Below, piece by piece: positions 25,024-35,365 of a stretch of 43,984 bases of DNA. The position numbers were made by a program, and so were the translations under genes. This stretch comes from a virus (lineage: Duplodnaviria > Caudoviricetes). Each line of letters opens with the position of its first letter. Position 1 is the first letter of the stretch. The notes beneath the pieces were generated by a model. It ran no database searches. It saw only the letters and a program-made list of their open reading frames with translations, and was not told where the DNA came from. The stretch is from the IMG/VR virus record IMGVR_UViG_3300044652_000002, positions 1-43,984 of that record, one strand, 5' to 3'.

Positions 25024-25675
25024 AGCAAACGGCGTCATCAGGGGGGATACCGACCTACCGACGACCCTAAGCGATCTTCAGCACGGAGCGACGATCAACC
25101 TTGCTGCGGTTGCGATTCAGGATGACCTGAACGATCTTGTTTCTGACGAGCTGATCCCCTATGAGTACGACAACACCGGGTCAATCGTCACGGTTGCGGG
25201 GACGAGGACGTACAGCCTTCCGTCTAACTTCGTTCAGTTCTTCGGGAGTCCTGCGGTCCTTTACAGGTCGTCCAACAACGTCAACCTATATGAATACCCG
25301 GGAGGGCTGGAGAGGCTAATTGTCGTCCACCAAGACTACGCGACGACGCAGAGCGATCCGCAGTATTGGTACCTGGAGCCAGGGACTACCAAGAAGATTG
25401 GTTTCTGGCCGGTTCCTTCTTCTGCGATTACGTTCACCTTCCCTTATGAGAAGGACGTTTCGGTAACTAGTGCTTCGGACACGCTTCCATTCCAGAACGA
25501 GATCGAGGCACAGACCTTTTGCCGTATTGCTTCCAGAAGGTTCAAGTTCCTCTATGAGAGCCTCGAGCTTTCAGGTCTAGACCAAGACCCTGAGAGGACG
25601 GACGCAAAAGCGACTCTCTTTGCTCTCATCAAAGGTCGCCGGCCCTCTAAGACGTGGGCTCCGATCTATAGATGA
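24989..25675 (+). CDS. Head-tail adaptor / tail tubular protein A
   Basis: GTRTYSLP, FWPVP motifs; position. Confidence 0.72.
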   Translation: MNLITAVGRILRANGVIRGDTDLPTTLSDLQHGATINLAAVAIQDDLNDLVSDELIPYEYDNTGSIVTVAGTRTYSLPSNFVQFFGSPAVLYRSSNNVNLYEYPGGLERLIVVHQDYATTQSDPQYWYLEPGTTKKIGFWPVPSSAITFTFPYEKDVSVTSASDTLPFQNEIEAQTFCRIASRRFKFLYESLELSGLDQDPERTDAKATLFALIKGRRPSKTWAPIYR

Positions 25676-27252
25676 AGCTCGTCTTCCCTGGGGGGCTTAA
25701 CGAGCAGCAAACGCCGAGCCTTTATGAGTGCGCTGAAGGGTACAACTTCGAGCTTGGGCTAAGACAGTCGAAGCTCATCCCGAGGAAGCCGATTGACCTT
25801 AAAGGCACGGCCCCTAACGGACTGGCTGCTAATGGATTCATCCAGCTCGTAAAGCGTGATAACTCGGAAACGACTCTCGTACAGGCCGGAGATACGGTCT
25901 ATCTATGGGACGGGGCTTCGAGTTTCACCAGCAAAGGGACCGTAGCTTCAAATTCAAAACTCAGGGACGTTTATTGGTCTTTGGGTGATTACTCGATCAT
26001 CGTGGACAACGCCAAGTCCACGGTGGTCAAGAAGTGGGACGGGACAACTCTTAGCACCCTGACCACTGGTTTAGGGACCAACCTCTTTGCGAAGTATGGG
26101 GTGGTGTTCCTCGGCAGGGTTTGGCTGGCGAACGTAACGACCTCAACAGACACGCCGCACCTGATGGTTGCGAGCGCGTTTGAGGACCCCACCACTTACG
26201 ACACATCCAAGCGTGGCGGTCCTTCTACCGACGGCGGCGGGTCGTTCGTTACTGGGCAAGAGGCTTTCTACATGCTCTCCCCGGACCTGAAGCCCATTAA
26301 CGGCTTCCTGGTCTTCTTCGATCAGCTAATCATGTCCACGGAGGGCGGGAGGCTTTACAAGCTCACAGGGACAACCGCCGCGACGTTCAAGTGGGTGGAC
26401 TACTACTCCGGGTCTGCAGCTAAAGGCCCTGAGTCGATGGTTAACGTCGGGAACGATGTTATTTATCTCAAGGCTGGCGGCGGGATTGATCGGCTCTCCA
26501 CGACTCAGACCTCGGGAGACGTGGCGGCTGATGATTTGTCGCGGTGGATTCCAACCACCACGCAAAACCTGACCAGCGCTTTAGCGGTCTACGATCAGAC
26601 ATATCAGAAGGTTTACTTTTTCGTCCCGAATAAGGTTCTCGTCCTTTATAAGGACTTGCTCAACGCCGAGCTGAGTCCTTGGTCGGTCTATAAGACCCAG
26701 CAAAGCTTCGCGTTCAATACCAACGCCGCGAAGTACATGAAGATGCCTGGGACGCAGACGTACACCGTCTACTTTGGAGATTCGGCGGGAAGAATCTTCG
26801 ACATTAACGGGTCTGGATCTTCCGGGGACGCTGGAAGTTCAACGATTGCGACGTACCGGAAGACGAGATTTATCTACAACGGCGAGGGCGGAGACAAGCT
26901 TGGCCGTGGAGCGCTGAACCTTCTCAAGAAGGTCCTGAACGGGATTGTTTGGTATCGGAGGATCTTTAGTTCCTGCGATGTCACGATTTCTTTTGATTGG
27001 GGAGATGAATACAACATCTCCTCGTCAACCATCACTCTGAAAGGCGCTCCATCCTCGAGCGCTGGGGTTTACTACGGTGGAAGCAACTATTACAGCGGAT
27101 CAGGTTCGTACTACTCCTCGGGCTCGGCGTTCGCCCAGAAAATCTCAAGCCAAACCTTCAGTCCCACAGGCAAAGGCCCAGGATGTTCAATCGCCGTCAA
27201 CCTCGATACCAGTACAGCCTTCCAAATCGACTCAATCGACATCCAGCCGTAG
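25672..27252 (+). CDS. Tail tubular protein B / nozzle (beta-propeller)
   Basis: FPGGLN N-terminus; beta-rich; position. Confidence 0.72.
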   Translation: MKLVFPGGLNEQQTPSLYECAEGYNFELGLRQSKLIPRKPIDLKGTAPNGLAANGFIQLVKRDNSETTLVQAGDTVYLWDGASSFTSKGTVASNSKLRDVYWSLGDYSIIVDNAKSTVVKKWDGTTLSTLTTGLGTNLFAKYGVVFLGRVWLANVTTSTDTPHLMVASAFEDPTTYDTSKRGGPSTDGGGSFVTGQEAFYMLSPDLKPINGFLVFFDQLIMSTEGGRLYKLTGTTAATFKWVDYYSGSAAKGPESMVNVGNDVIYLKAGGGIDRLSTTQTSGDVAADDLSRWIPTTTQNLTSALAVYDQTYQKVYFFVPNKVLVLYKDLLNAELSPWSVYKTQQSFAFNTNAAKYMKMPGTQTYTVYFGDSAGRIFDINGSGSSGDAGSSTIATYRKTRFIYNGEGGDKLGRGALNLLKKVLNGIVWYRRIFSSCDVTISFDWGDEYNISSSTITLKGAPSSSAGVYYGGSNYYSGSGSYYSSGSAFAQKISSQTFSPTGKGPGCSIAVNLDTSTAFQIDSIDIQP

Positions 27253-27259
27253 AGAGTGG

Positions 27260-27757
27260 CTGTTCAAAAAGTCACGACCTGTAATCAGGCCGTATGAACC
27301 TAGAGACAACGGCTACCTCTGGGCTGCTTATAAGAGCGGGTCGTTTGACCTTCCTGAGGAACTTACTCAGGAGCAGTTCCTAGTAGAGATCGCAAAGAAA
27401 TTCGGTTCCTTCCCTTTGGTCTGGGTGGTCGAGGACGACACCAAATCTCTGAAGGCGGGGAGAGGTCAAGTAGGTCTCGTTTGCCTGAAGACTGATGGGT
27501 GGGCTTTCGAGCCTCACGCTCACTTCTTTAGCTGGGCGACGAAGAGAAACAAGCTAAGGGCTGCGGTGGCGTTCTTCCACATGGTGAGGAATAGCCGCGT
27601 AGTCGGAGCTTGTGTGGTCAGAACAATAAAAAAGGACTTCGCCTATATGAAGCACATGGAAAAGTACGGACTGCTTTATGTGCGAGGGAAGATTCCTTTC
27701 GGAAGCCCCAATGGTCACATCTGGGTCTTCTCGATTGAAGGCAAGAGGGCGCAGTAA
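27260..27757 (+). CDS. GNAT-like virion assembly protein (start uncertain; CTG 27260 or GTG 27077)
   Basis: Position between the nozzle and ejection genes; GNAT-like size and pattern. Confidence 0.5.
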   Translation: MFKKSRPVIRPYEPRDNGYLWAAYKSGSFDLPEELTQEQFLVEIAKKFGSFPLVWVVEDDTKSLKAGRGQVGLVCLKTDGWAFEPHAHFFSWATKRNKLRAAVAFFHMVRNSRVVGACVVRTIKKDFAYMKHMEKYGLLYVRGKIPFGSPNGHIWVFSIEGKRAQ

Positions 27758-29050
27758 GTGGCTCTTGGGGGAATGAGAAATAGCAACCTGTCTGGACAGA
27801 ATCTCGGCTGGTCGTTTCTCGTAGGGGACAACGGAGAACCTACAAGCGAGGGCGCTGCTCTAGCGGAGGTTAACGCTGCTCGAGCCAGGGGCGTTCCTGT
27901 GCAGGAGATCCAAGCGGGCGGTTCTATACCTGACGGCTACATCGGAGCTGGAAGCATCAACGGGCGGCAGTTCATCGTTCCGATCAGCGGATACAACCAG
28001 TTCCAGGATGCCTACACCGCATCTCATAGGCAAAGCGACAGTCCTTTTGCGGCTTTGCAAGACATGAGCGAAGGTCTTGCCGTTGGTCTAGGCGGGCCTC
28101 TCGCTGGATACGGAATTACTTCACTTGCTGCAGGTACGCCATTTGCTGCTGGCGGAGCATCTGCGGCACAAGGCGCGGCTAACAGCGCTGGAGGGAGCGG
28201 TATGTGGGATTGGCTGGATTCTTTCGACCCGACGAATTTTGAGGGTGGCAGTTCGGATTTCTTCAACCCGGACTATAGCCAACCGTTCTCCCTCAATACT
28301 TCCGATCCTTTCGCGGTCAATCCAAACGACCCATTCGGGCCGAGCCAGATTGATCTTGGGCGCGATCCTCTCAACACCATCACTGCGCCGCCTACTGGCA
28401 ATCCGCTGATTGATAACCCCGGCATGGTGAGGAACCTTGCCGGGTCTGGATTTGTTCCGGCCGCATCCAATTCATTTTTCGGAGGCATTACCGGCGCTGA
28501 TGTGCTGAAAAATGCCCCTAGTCTCTTTAGCGGCCTGAAAGGACTCTTTGCTCCGTCCGGGACTGGGTCTCCTGCTCCGTCAACTGGCAGCGGTGTTCTT
28601 GGGTCAATCCTCAATGATCCACTTGGGGCGGCTTTCAACGCAACTCCCTTCCTCCTCGCACTGAATGAAGCCAATCGCCAGAGCGGAGACCTCAACAACG
28701 TCCTGAATCAGATTAACGGGGACGCCTATACGAGAACGGTCCTTAATCCCTACGACATGGAGACTGGCGCGGGTAGAACCAGTCTACTTAACGATCAAGA
28801 GCTGCGTGGGGTCCGGGGGTCGTCTTTTGGAGATCAAGCCCTGAACAACTACGACTACATGAGAGCCATCGGTCGCGGTGATCTGGCGAATCGAGGCATT
28901 CTGTCCTCGGCGCAGCTCCAAGGAAGCCTCATCAATCAAAGGAACACCAACCGCAATCTTCTCCTTGGAGCTGGCCTCAATGCTTCTGGCCGGCTTTTCT
29001 CTCCGCAGCCTGATCCGTTCGGGCTTCGCGCTCTTGGGCTGATTCAATAA
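27758..29050 (+). CDS. Internal virion / ejection protein
   Basis: Gly/Ala-rich; position. Confidence 0.6.
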   Translation: MALGGMRNSNLSGQNLGWSFLVGDNGEPTSEGAALAEVNAARARGVPVQEIQAGGSIPDGYIGAGSINGRQFIVPISGYNQFQDAYTASHRQSDSPFAALQDMSEGLAVGLGGPLAGYGITSLAAGTPFAAGGASAAQGAANSAGGSGMWDWLDSFDPTNFEGGSSDFFNPDYSQPFSLNTSDPFAVNPNDPFGPSQIDLGRDPLNTITAPPTGNPLIDNPGMVRNLAGSGFVPAASNSFFGGITGADVLKNAPSLFSGLKGLFAPSGTGSPAPSTGSGVLGSILNDPLGAAFNATPFLLALNEANRQSGDLNNVLNQINGDAYTRTVLNPYDMETGAGRTSLLNDQELRGVRGSSFGDQALNNYDYMRAIGRGDLANRGILSSAQLQGSLINQRNTNRNLLLGAGLNASGRLFSPQPDPFGLRALGLIQ

Positions 29051-30060
29051 TGGCCGCCTTCGGGGATGTGCTCAGAGGGTTGGGGTCTGTCCTTAACCCT
29101 CAGGTAGCTCAAGAGTTGGGTGCTGAAGACCGTATCCAACAGCAGGCAGGCAATCAGGTTGGGATGCTCATGCTTCAAAAGCGGCTTGAGCAGCAGTCTC
29201 CTGAGTACCAGGCGCGCCTTGAAGCACTAAATAACGAGCGTCAATTCAGGGCGGCAGCTCAAGCTTCTGCCGGAGACCCTGTGAAACTCGCGGAAGCTGC
29301 CGTTACCTACGGTAAGCCAGATCTGGCGGTGTCGCTCTACAACCAGCAACAAGCCAGAGCCGACAGGCTCCAGGCCGCTAGGGACCAACTCGTTTTTCGT
29401 GAAAAAGAACTTCAGCAACGCGCAGAAGACAAGGCGGCTGATCGAGAGCAACGCGCGCAGGCCCAGGCTGATTTAGCCGACCTAAAGAGACAGCAGTTAT
29501 CTCTTCAAGGGGAGATCGCTAAGGGCAACCAAGACCTGAAGCGCATGCAGTTCCAGATGCAGGGCGATCAGCAACTCGTCAAGCAAACGCAGCAGCTCGG
29601 CTCCGCGCTCGAGAAAGCCAATCTCCCGGAGGCTGATTCTGTCCTCGGCGCAGTTGAAGAGGCGGTGAAGAAGAATCCAGACCTTGCTTCTTACATCTCT
29701 GGGCCGAAGTCCCTGCTACCGGATATGGCGGTTGGGACAGATATTGCTGCCGGCCGGCAGGCGTTTCAGAAGCTTTTCAACATCACCTTGAAAAATCGTT
29801 CGGGGTCTGCCGTCACCAACCAAGAGCTAGAGCGCCTGAAGCAGGAATTTGCGACGGGTGCTTTCAAGACGCCGGCGCAACTGCAAAAGGCTGTGGACCA
29901 AGCTAGGAACATCATTAACAAGCATTACGCCTCGGTGGCGTCGGGATTTAGCCCCGATGCACTGAAAGCCTACAACGAGAATCTTCGTGGGTTCGGTGGG
30001 AGGGTTGTCTTGGAGGCTCCGGCATCAAGCGGCGGCTGGTCAGTCGAGGAAGTCAAATAA
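29050..30060 (+). CDS. Internal virion / ejection protein
   Basis: Gln-rich coiled coil; RSGSAVT..ELERL. Confidence 0.65.
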   Translation: MAAFGDVLRGLGSVLNPQVAQELGAEDRIQQQAGNQVGMLMLQKRLEQQSPEYQARLEALNNERQFRAAAQASAGDPVKLAEAAVTYGKPDLAVSLYNQQQARADRLQAARDQLVFREKELQQRAEDKAADREQRAQAQADLADLKRQQLSLQGEIAKGNQDLKRMQFQMQGDQQLVKQTQQLGSALEKANLPEADSVLGAVEEAVKKNPDLASYISGPKSLLPDMAVGTDIAAGRQAFQKLFNITLKNRSGSAVTNQELERLKQEFATGAFKTPAQLQKAVDQARNIINKHYASVASGFSPDALKAYNENLRGFGGRVVLEAPASSGGWSVEEVK

Positions 30061-31983
30061 GTGCCGACCTTTGAGATCACTTCCCCAGAGGGCAGGAAGT
30101 TCAGGGTAAGCGGTCCTGAGGGGTCTACTAAAGAACAGGCTCTGGAACAGGTCAAGATGCGCTTGGCCGGTCCCCAGGCCCAAGAGGAGTCTAAGCCTGA
30201 GGTTCAGGAGCCGACCGCAGGAGAGCGCACCCAAGCGGCTGTAGGCGGGGTTAATCGGGGGATCGCTGGTCTACTAGGTCTTCCGGTGGATACGGCCGAG
30301 AACATCATCAACCTTGGGATTGCTGCCTACAACACGGCTCTGCAGAGAGGCGGGGAATCGACTCCCCCTATCCAGGGGTCGTTTGGTGGATCTCAATATA
30401 TCGCCAACAAGCTTCAGCAAGCAGGGGCGAATACGCAGAATCCTCGCCCCGACGATGCGGCAAGCAGGATGCTATATACGGGAGGCTCGATTGCTGGCGG
30501 CTCCATGTTGCCCGGTGCTGGTGTTGGTAATACGGCCGCCGCTGCCGCTGGTGGGGCTATCGCCGGAGAACTATTAGGGCCTCAATGGGTCGGTGTAGGC
30601 GCGATGGCCCCTGGCGCGATCACGTCCGCTGCTGGGGCCGTTAAACGGGCCATTGCGAATCCTGAGACTGTTCAAAAGAATGTAGAGACATTCAAGGATG
30701 CTGGCACTCGCCCTGATGTAGCTCAGGCCACGGACAGTAACTTCTTCCGGGGTCTTACGAATGTGGTTGGTAGGGTTCCTGGTGGTCAGGGGATCATCGC
30801 CAAATTCCGGGAGCAAGAACAAAAAGCCCTTGGCGCTTCTGCTGAGACCGGAGTTTCCGCCGAGGCTGGCGGCAGGGCGATCCAGAAGGGAATCACCGGA
30901 GAAGGCGGTTTCCTCGAGCGCACGAAAGAGACGTGGACAAAGCTTGATGACGCCTTGGCTTCGCGCGTTCCTCAGGGCGCTGCATTCACGCCAACCAATA
31001 CGGTCAAGGCGCTGGATGAATTGACTACGCCCGTTGCTGGGGCCGAGAAAACAACCGGCGCACTGGTTAATCCAAAGCTGGCGGCCATCAAGGAGAACCT
31101 CGCGGCCGACCTTCAGGCAAATAACGGTCAGATTCCTTTTGAAGCTCTTAGGGCGCTTCGGTCCAAAGTCGGCTCGATGCTGGATGATTCCTTGGTAACG
31201 GGGATTCAGGGCGGAGAGCTGAAAAGACTTTATTCAGGGCTTTCCAAAGACCTTGAGGGCGCGGCTAACCAAGCTGGCGCTGGGCGCGAGTTTCAACGTC
31301 AGCAGACCTACTACGCCGCCCGTATGGAGCGGATCGAGAACACGCTAGATAAGGTGATCGGCAAGGGGACGCCAGAGGAAGTGTTTAAGGCAGTCGCCCC
31401 GACAGACGTTGATTCCGTCAACAAGATCCGCCGCGTAATGAGGAGCCTTGAGCCCTCTGAGCGTGAGGTCGTTTCTGATGCCATCGTCAATCGGCTCGGA
31501 AGAGCTACACCTGGCAAGGCGACTCTTGACAACGACTTCTCTTCTGAGACCTTCCTTACCAACTGGAACAAGATCAACGACAGCGCCAAGTCTCAGCTAT
31601 TTCCTGATGCTGGGATGCGGAAGAAGCTGGACGCGATTGCGGAAGTCTCTTCCAACATCCGGGAAGGTAAGACTCCGTTCGGCAACCCATCGGGGACTGG
31701 CGCTGCTGTTACTGCGGTGTCTATCTACGGCTCTCCGGTGGCGTCACTAGCGACTGGCAATCCGACGCCGCTTGTGGTGGCGGGGAGTCTTGTCGCTGGA
31801 GCAAATATTGGAGCGAGGATGCTGACCAGCCCCAAGATCGTGGACTGGCTAGCCCGGACCGCGAAGGTCTCGACTCCAGAACAACAAGCCGCCCAGCTCG
31901 GAAGGCTTGCGGTGATCTACAACGAAACAAACAGCCCAGAGCTGAAGCAAGAACTTTCGCAGTACGTCAATTCAGTCAAGTAA
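30061..31983 (+). CDS. Large DNA-ejection protein
   Basis: MPTFEITSPEGRKFRVSGPEG N-terminus; NPSGTG; 640 aa. Confidence 0.7.
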   Translation: MPTFEITSPEGRKFRVSGPEGSTKEQALEQVKMRLAGPQAQEESKPEVQEPTAGERTQAAVGGVNRGIAGLLGLPVDTAENIINLGIAAYNTALQRGGESTPPIQGSFGGSQYIANKLQQAGANTQNPRPDDAASRMLYTGGSIAGGSMLPGAGVGNTAAAAAGGAIAGELLGPQWVGVGAMAPGAITSAAGAVKRAIANPETVQKNVETFKDAGTRPDVAQATDSNFFRGLTNVVGRVPGGQGIIAKFREQEQKALGASAETGVSAEAGGRAIQKGITGEGGFLERTKETWTKLDDALASRVPQGAAFTPTNTVKALDELTTPVAGAEKTTGALVNPKLAAIKENLAADLQANNGQIPFEALRALRSKVGSMLDDSLVTGIQGGELKRLYSGLSKDLEGAANQAGAGREFQRQQTYYAARMERIENTLDKVIGKGTPEEVFKAVAPTDVDSVNKIRRVMRSLEPSEREVVSDAIVNRLGRATPGKATLDNDFSSETFLTNWNKINDSAKSQLFPDAGMRKKLDAIAEVSSNIREGKTPFGNPSGTGAAVTAVSIYGSPVASLATGNPTPLVVAGSLVAGANIGARMLTSPKIVDWLARTAKVSTPEQQAAQLGRLAVIYNETNSPELKQELSQYVNSVK

Positions 31984-32018
31984 AGACCCGCTGAAGCGGG
32001 CATAGGAGCCTACGAAGA

Positions 32019-33152
32019 ATGGGCGCGAAATACTCTTCCCAAGCCACATCCGGGTACAACGCCAGCGCACCGAGCGACGACGGCACGCAGTCTGCCTCTA
32101 ACCTCATTACCTGGGCCGGGATCAAGACAAAGCTAACCGACGTTCTCAAGACGTTCGGCGAGGCAATCAATACCAGTCTTGTTACGGCGTTCGACTACTC
32201 GGTTCGGCAGATTTCCTCGAGCGATAGCACCGTCGCCGGGGACCACATGCGGACTGTGGAAATCGCTCCGACTGTTTCCTCGTCGATCACCATTTCCTTG
32301 GGTGATGCTGCGACGATGACGAACAACTACGCGGTGTGGATCAAGAACTCCTCCACTATCCCGCAGACGATTGGAAGAGTCACCGCCAGCGACACCGTAG
32401 ATGGTGCTGCGGTAAATATCACTCTGCCATCGTTGTGCTCTATGCTCCTAAAGGTCAACAGCGGAGCGACAGGGTACTTGATTGCCGGCGCGTCCGGGGA
32501 CGCACTAGGTTCTCTTAGCGGCGCAGCAGGGACAAACACCGTAACCGCAAACGGCGCGGCTACGTCCTACAAGTTAGGGCAATCGTTCGAGCTGACCCCG
32601 GCAAGCACGAATACAGGCGCGACGACTCTCAATATAAACTCAATTGGCGCCAAGAACATTTTTGCTAATGGGGCCGCGCTAACAGGCGGCGAGTTGGTGG
32701 CCGGAGTGCCTGTGCGTCTCAAATATGACGGGACGCAGTTCAACCTAATTGGCTTTTTCCCATCTGCAGCGCAGACATTCCTTGGGTCGGATGTTGCCCT
32801 CAATAACACTGCCAATTATTTCAACGTCGTAAACACAGGAAGCATTGGGGCTTCGGGGCAGGTATGGCAAATCACGGCCACTGTTACGTGCGTAGATACG
32901 GGAGGCGCGGCTCTATTCCGTTGTCGCATTTGGGACGGAAGCTCGTCTGTATACGCATGCCAAGAACAAACCTCCGTTGGTGCTAGTTCTGAAACCTGCG
33001 CGACCATCGCGGCCACTGTCACGTTGTCGGCCGCTACGACTTTCCATCTTTCTATCAAGGATTCCACGGCAACTACTGGAAAGGCACTGACGACCGGCAA
33101 CGCCGACACCGCGAACAAATCAACTTCAATTACCGCCGTGAGGCTGCGATGA
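32019..33152 (+). CDS. Tail fibre protein
   Basis: Thr/Ser/Ala-rich; NTGATTLNINSIGAK...YDGTQF. Confidence 0.8.
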   Translation: MGAKYSSQATSGYNASAPSDDGTQSASNLITWAGIKTKLTDVLKTFGEAINTSLVTAFDYSVRQISSSDSTVAGDHMRTVEIAPTVSSSITISLGDAATMTNNYAVWIKNSSTIPQTIGRVTASDTVDGAAVNITLPSLCSMLLKVNSGATGYLIAGASGDALGSLSGAAGTNTVTANGAATSYKLGQSFELTPASTNTGATTLNINSIGAKNIFANGAALTGGELVAGVPVRLKYDGTQFNLIGFFPSAAQTFLGSDVALNNTANYFNVVNTGSIGASGQVWQITATVTCVDTGGAALFRCRIWDGSSSVYACQEQTSVGASSETCATIAATVTLSAATTFHLSIKDSTATTGKALTTGNADTANKSTSITAVRLR

Positions 33153-33436
33153 ATCTAGTTGTAGACACTTCTGGGAATGTCCTGATGTACAGCGAGATCG
33201 TTAAGCCAGACGTTCCAGACGGGTGCTCGCTGGTTTCCCTCGATGACGAGCAGGCCAAGTCCTTAATCGAGCTTACAGAGACGAAGAACTCTGGACTTGT
33301 TTTTAAAGATGGACAAATCAGTGCAAAGCCGCACGAGGAATACCAAGAGCCTAGCGTCGGGCAGAGCTTAGTCCAGGCTGTTCTTTCAGATCCGAGCGCT
33401 CTTGCCGAGCTTAAGAAATCCTTGGGGATCGTGTAA
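33149..33436 (+). CDS. Probable tail fibre chaperone
   Basis: Small acidic gene coupled to the fibre gene. Confidence 0.5.
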   Translation: MNLVVDTSGNVLMYSEIVKPDVPDGCSLVSLDDEQAKSLIELTETKNSGLVFKDGQISAKPHEEYQEPSVGQSLVQAVLSDPSALAELKKSLGIV

Positions 33437-33933
33437 TGGCCGTCTCTACCGTAATTCACATTCAAACCCCGACCTACATCACAGAAGGGACGATGTGCCG
33501 TTGCTGGGCGTACTTCTCATCGGACCTGCTGAATATGGCTACCCCGGACAGCTTGGATGCGAGCGTTACCTATACGGATCTGATTCCTGCCGGCGTGACG
33601 CCGGCATCAGGAGCGGCAATCTACATCGACAAGGTGACGCCCATCATCTATGGCTACCAAGAGAAGAATAGCGGTCGTTTCTTCGTCGGGAAATGGGTCG
33701 GGGCTGGTACTTCTGGAGCTTACGTCGATCTAGGAGAGGTGTTCGAGTCAGACCAGCACCCGGAGAGAAAGCAATTCTTCTTTCACGACGAGAGCATGTG
33801 GATTACGGCTAACGACCATATTCGCCTCCTCGGGAACATGCTGCCAAAGGCCGGCGGCCCTAACTGCTCATACCCGCCGTCGTCTATCTACCGGCAATTC
33901 TCCTGCGGGATTCAGTATCACTTCGACGTGTAA
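33436..33933 (+). CDS. hypothetical protein
   Basis: TAATG coupling. Confidence 0.65.
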   Translation: MAVSTVIHIQTPTYITEGTMCRCWAYFSSDLLNMATPDSLDASVTYTDLIPAGVTPASGAAIYIDKVTPIIYGYQEKNSGRFFVGKWVGAGTSGAYVDLGEVFESDQHPERKQFFFHDESMWITANDHIRLLGNMLPKAGGPNCSYPPSSIYRQFSCGIQYHFDV

Positions 33934-33977
33934 ACGAGAGGAAAAGACTACGCCACCTGGTTTCTCTGCCTAGTTCG

Positions 33978-34214
33978 TCATAGCCGATCCTCATCAGGCA
34001 GACTTCCGGCGATGCGCCAGAGGGCAATGATTTTCCGTATCTCGACTTCGACGCGCTCGCAGAAGGTCCGCCAGTACGGCTCGCCGGTATCGAGCGCCGG
34101 CGCGCAGTCTTGCGGAACGCAGAAGGTGCAGTAGCTCGGATCATAGTAGTGCCCCTTGTGTTTGACGGTGCCGTACCAAGGAAACTCAGGCCCGAGGGAG
34201 TGGTAGTTCATCAT
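33978..34214 (-). CDS. hypothetical protein on the opposite strand (moron-like)
   Basis: 78-aa ORF filling the gap between the tail and lysis genes. Confidence 0.45.
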   Translation of the reverse strand: MMNYHSLGPEFPWYGTVKHKGHYYDPSYCTFCVPQDCAPALDTGEPYWRTFCERVEVEIRKIIALWRIAGSLPDEDRL

Positions 34215-34330
34215 GGGCAGCGAGACCTAGTTTACACCTAGACCCCGCCCCGAACAGCAGTCCTAGCTGCGGCCCGGTTGCCCTAAAGGCAATCTCCCAT
34301 GCCGCGACAAGAAAAAGAAGGGAATAAAGC

Positions 34331-34639
34331 ATGGTTGAAGGGTGGCTTACGGCCGCTGGGCTGAAATTCGCAACTGTTATCGGTGGATTCTTCGGGGCTC
34401 TCGTATCCCTCAAGTTCATTGAAGGTCTTGGGGTTTGGCAGCGGGGGTCAACGGTTTTAGCCGGGACGCTCGTTTCGGCCTACGTCACGCCAGTAATCCT
34501 TTCCTACTTGGAGCTGACCCCGAAGATCGAGGGTGGGATTGCCTTCCTCTGCGGTTTATTCGGTATGTCCTTCACCGGAGCCGTCATCAAAGCTATGCCC
34601 GAATGGGTTGAGGCGGCGAAAGCGAAGGTGTTCAAGTGA
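34331..34639 (+). CDS. Holin
   Basis: Three TM segments; GGFFGALVSL, AFLCGLFGM. Confidence 0.75.
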   Translation: MVEGWLTAAGLKFATVIGGFFGALVSLKFIEGLGVWQRGSTVLAGTLVSAYVTPVILSYLELTPKIEGGIAFLCGLFGMSFTGAVIKAMPEWVEAAKAKVFK

Positions 34640-34935
34640 AGATCCTCCTGCTGGTCTCCTGCGCCATTCTCTCCCTGGTTCCTCTCTACTTTGTTCTTCA
34701 CCGCGTCTACAAAGACGGGGTGTTTGGACGCGGGTCTCTTCTTGCGATTTCCTTCTGCTCTATCGGCATTCTTGGGGAGACGGCCTTTGGTAATGGCTTT
34801 TATGTCCCCTCGATCATTGTTCTCCTGATCTCCGCATTTGCGGTCTTCATCACCTGGCATTTGGTGCGCTTTGAATGTCGCGTCGTCAAGAAAGAAGACC
34901 AGTGGAAACCCAGCTCGCAGGCGTTGACGAGGTAA
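34636..34935 (+). CDS. Membrane protein (3 TM; antiholin-like)
   Basis: Hydrophobic segments; YKDGVFGR. Confidence 0.6.
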   Translation: MKILLLVSCAILSLVPLYFVLHRVYKDGVFGRGSLLAISFCSIGILGETAFGNGFYVPSIIVLLISAFAVFITWHLVRFECRVVKKEDQWKPSSQALTR

Positions 34936-35078
34936 GCGAAGCCCTGGAGGGGGCGGTGGTCGAAAGCCTGACTCGCGGGGATGGTGGATTACATCTCACC
35001 TTTACGGATGGTCGAATCCTTCTTCTCGTTGACGCTGCGGTAGTTGCCTTGGTCTGCAACAGCAGGACGCTGCAATGA
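34902..35078 (+). CDS. hypothetical protein
   Basis: GTG start; ATGA overlap downstream. Confidence 0.55.
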   Translation: METQLAGVDEVSEALEGAVVESLTRGDGGLHLTFTDGRILLLVDAAVVALVCNSRTLQ

Positions 35079-35365
35079 GGCCAACGAAGTTAAAGATTCT
35101 TGGTAAAGAGTGGTCGATTGAATACGGGGCGATGCCAAAGGATGAGTTGGGCGAATCTGACTTAGAGGCCCAGCATATCAAGATCAAAGACGGTCTCAAA
35201 CAGGAGCAGGAGAAATCCACGCTCCTGCACGAGTGCATTCACGCCATAGCCGATTCGCTCGGCTTGGGCCTGACGGAGAAACAGGTCCAGGGGTTAGAGA
35301 CTGGGCTGTTTGATTTGAACAGCGCCAACCCTCGGTTCTTCTTCCACATCAGAAAACGGAAGTAA
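35075..35365 (+). CDS. Small HExxH zincin-like metallopeptidase
   Basis: STLLHECIHAI...E..V. Confidence 0.78.
   Translation: MRPTKLKILGKEWSIEYGAMPKDELGESDLEAQHIKIKDGLKQEQEKSTLLHECIHAIADSLGLGLTEKQVQGLETGLFDLNSANPRFFFHIRKRK

Noticed and set aside
32019-33933. Diversity-generating retroelement at the tail fibre
   Set aside because: No reverse transcriptase and no TR/VR repeat pair seen
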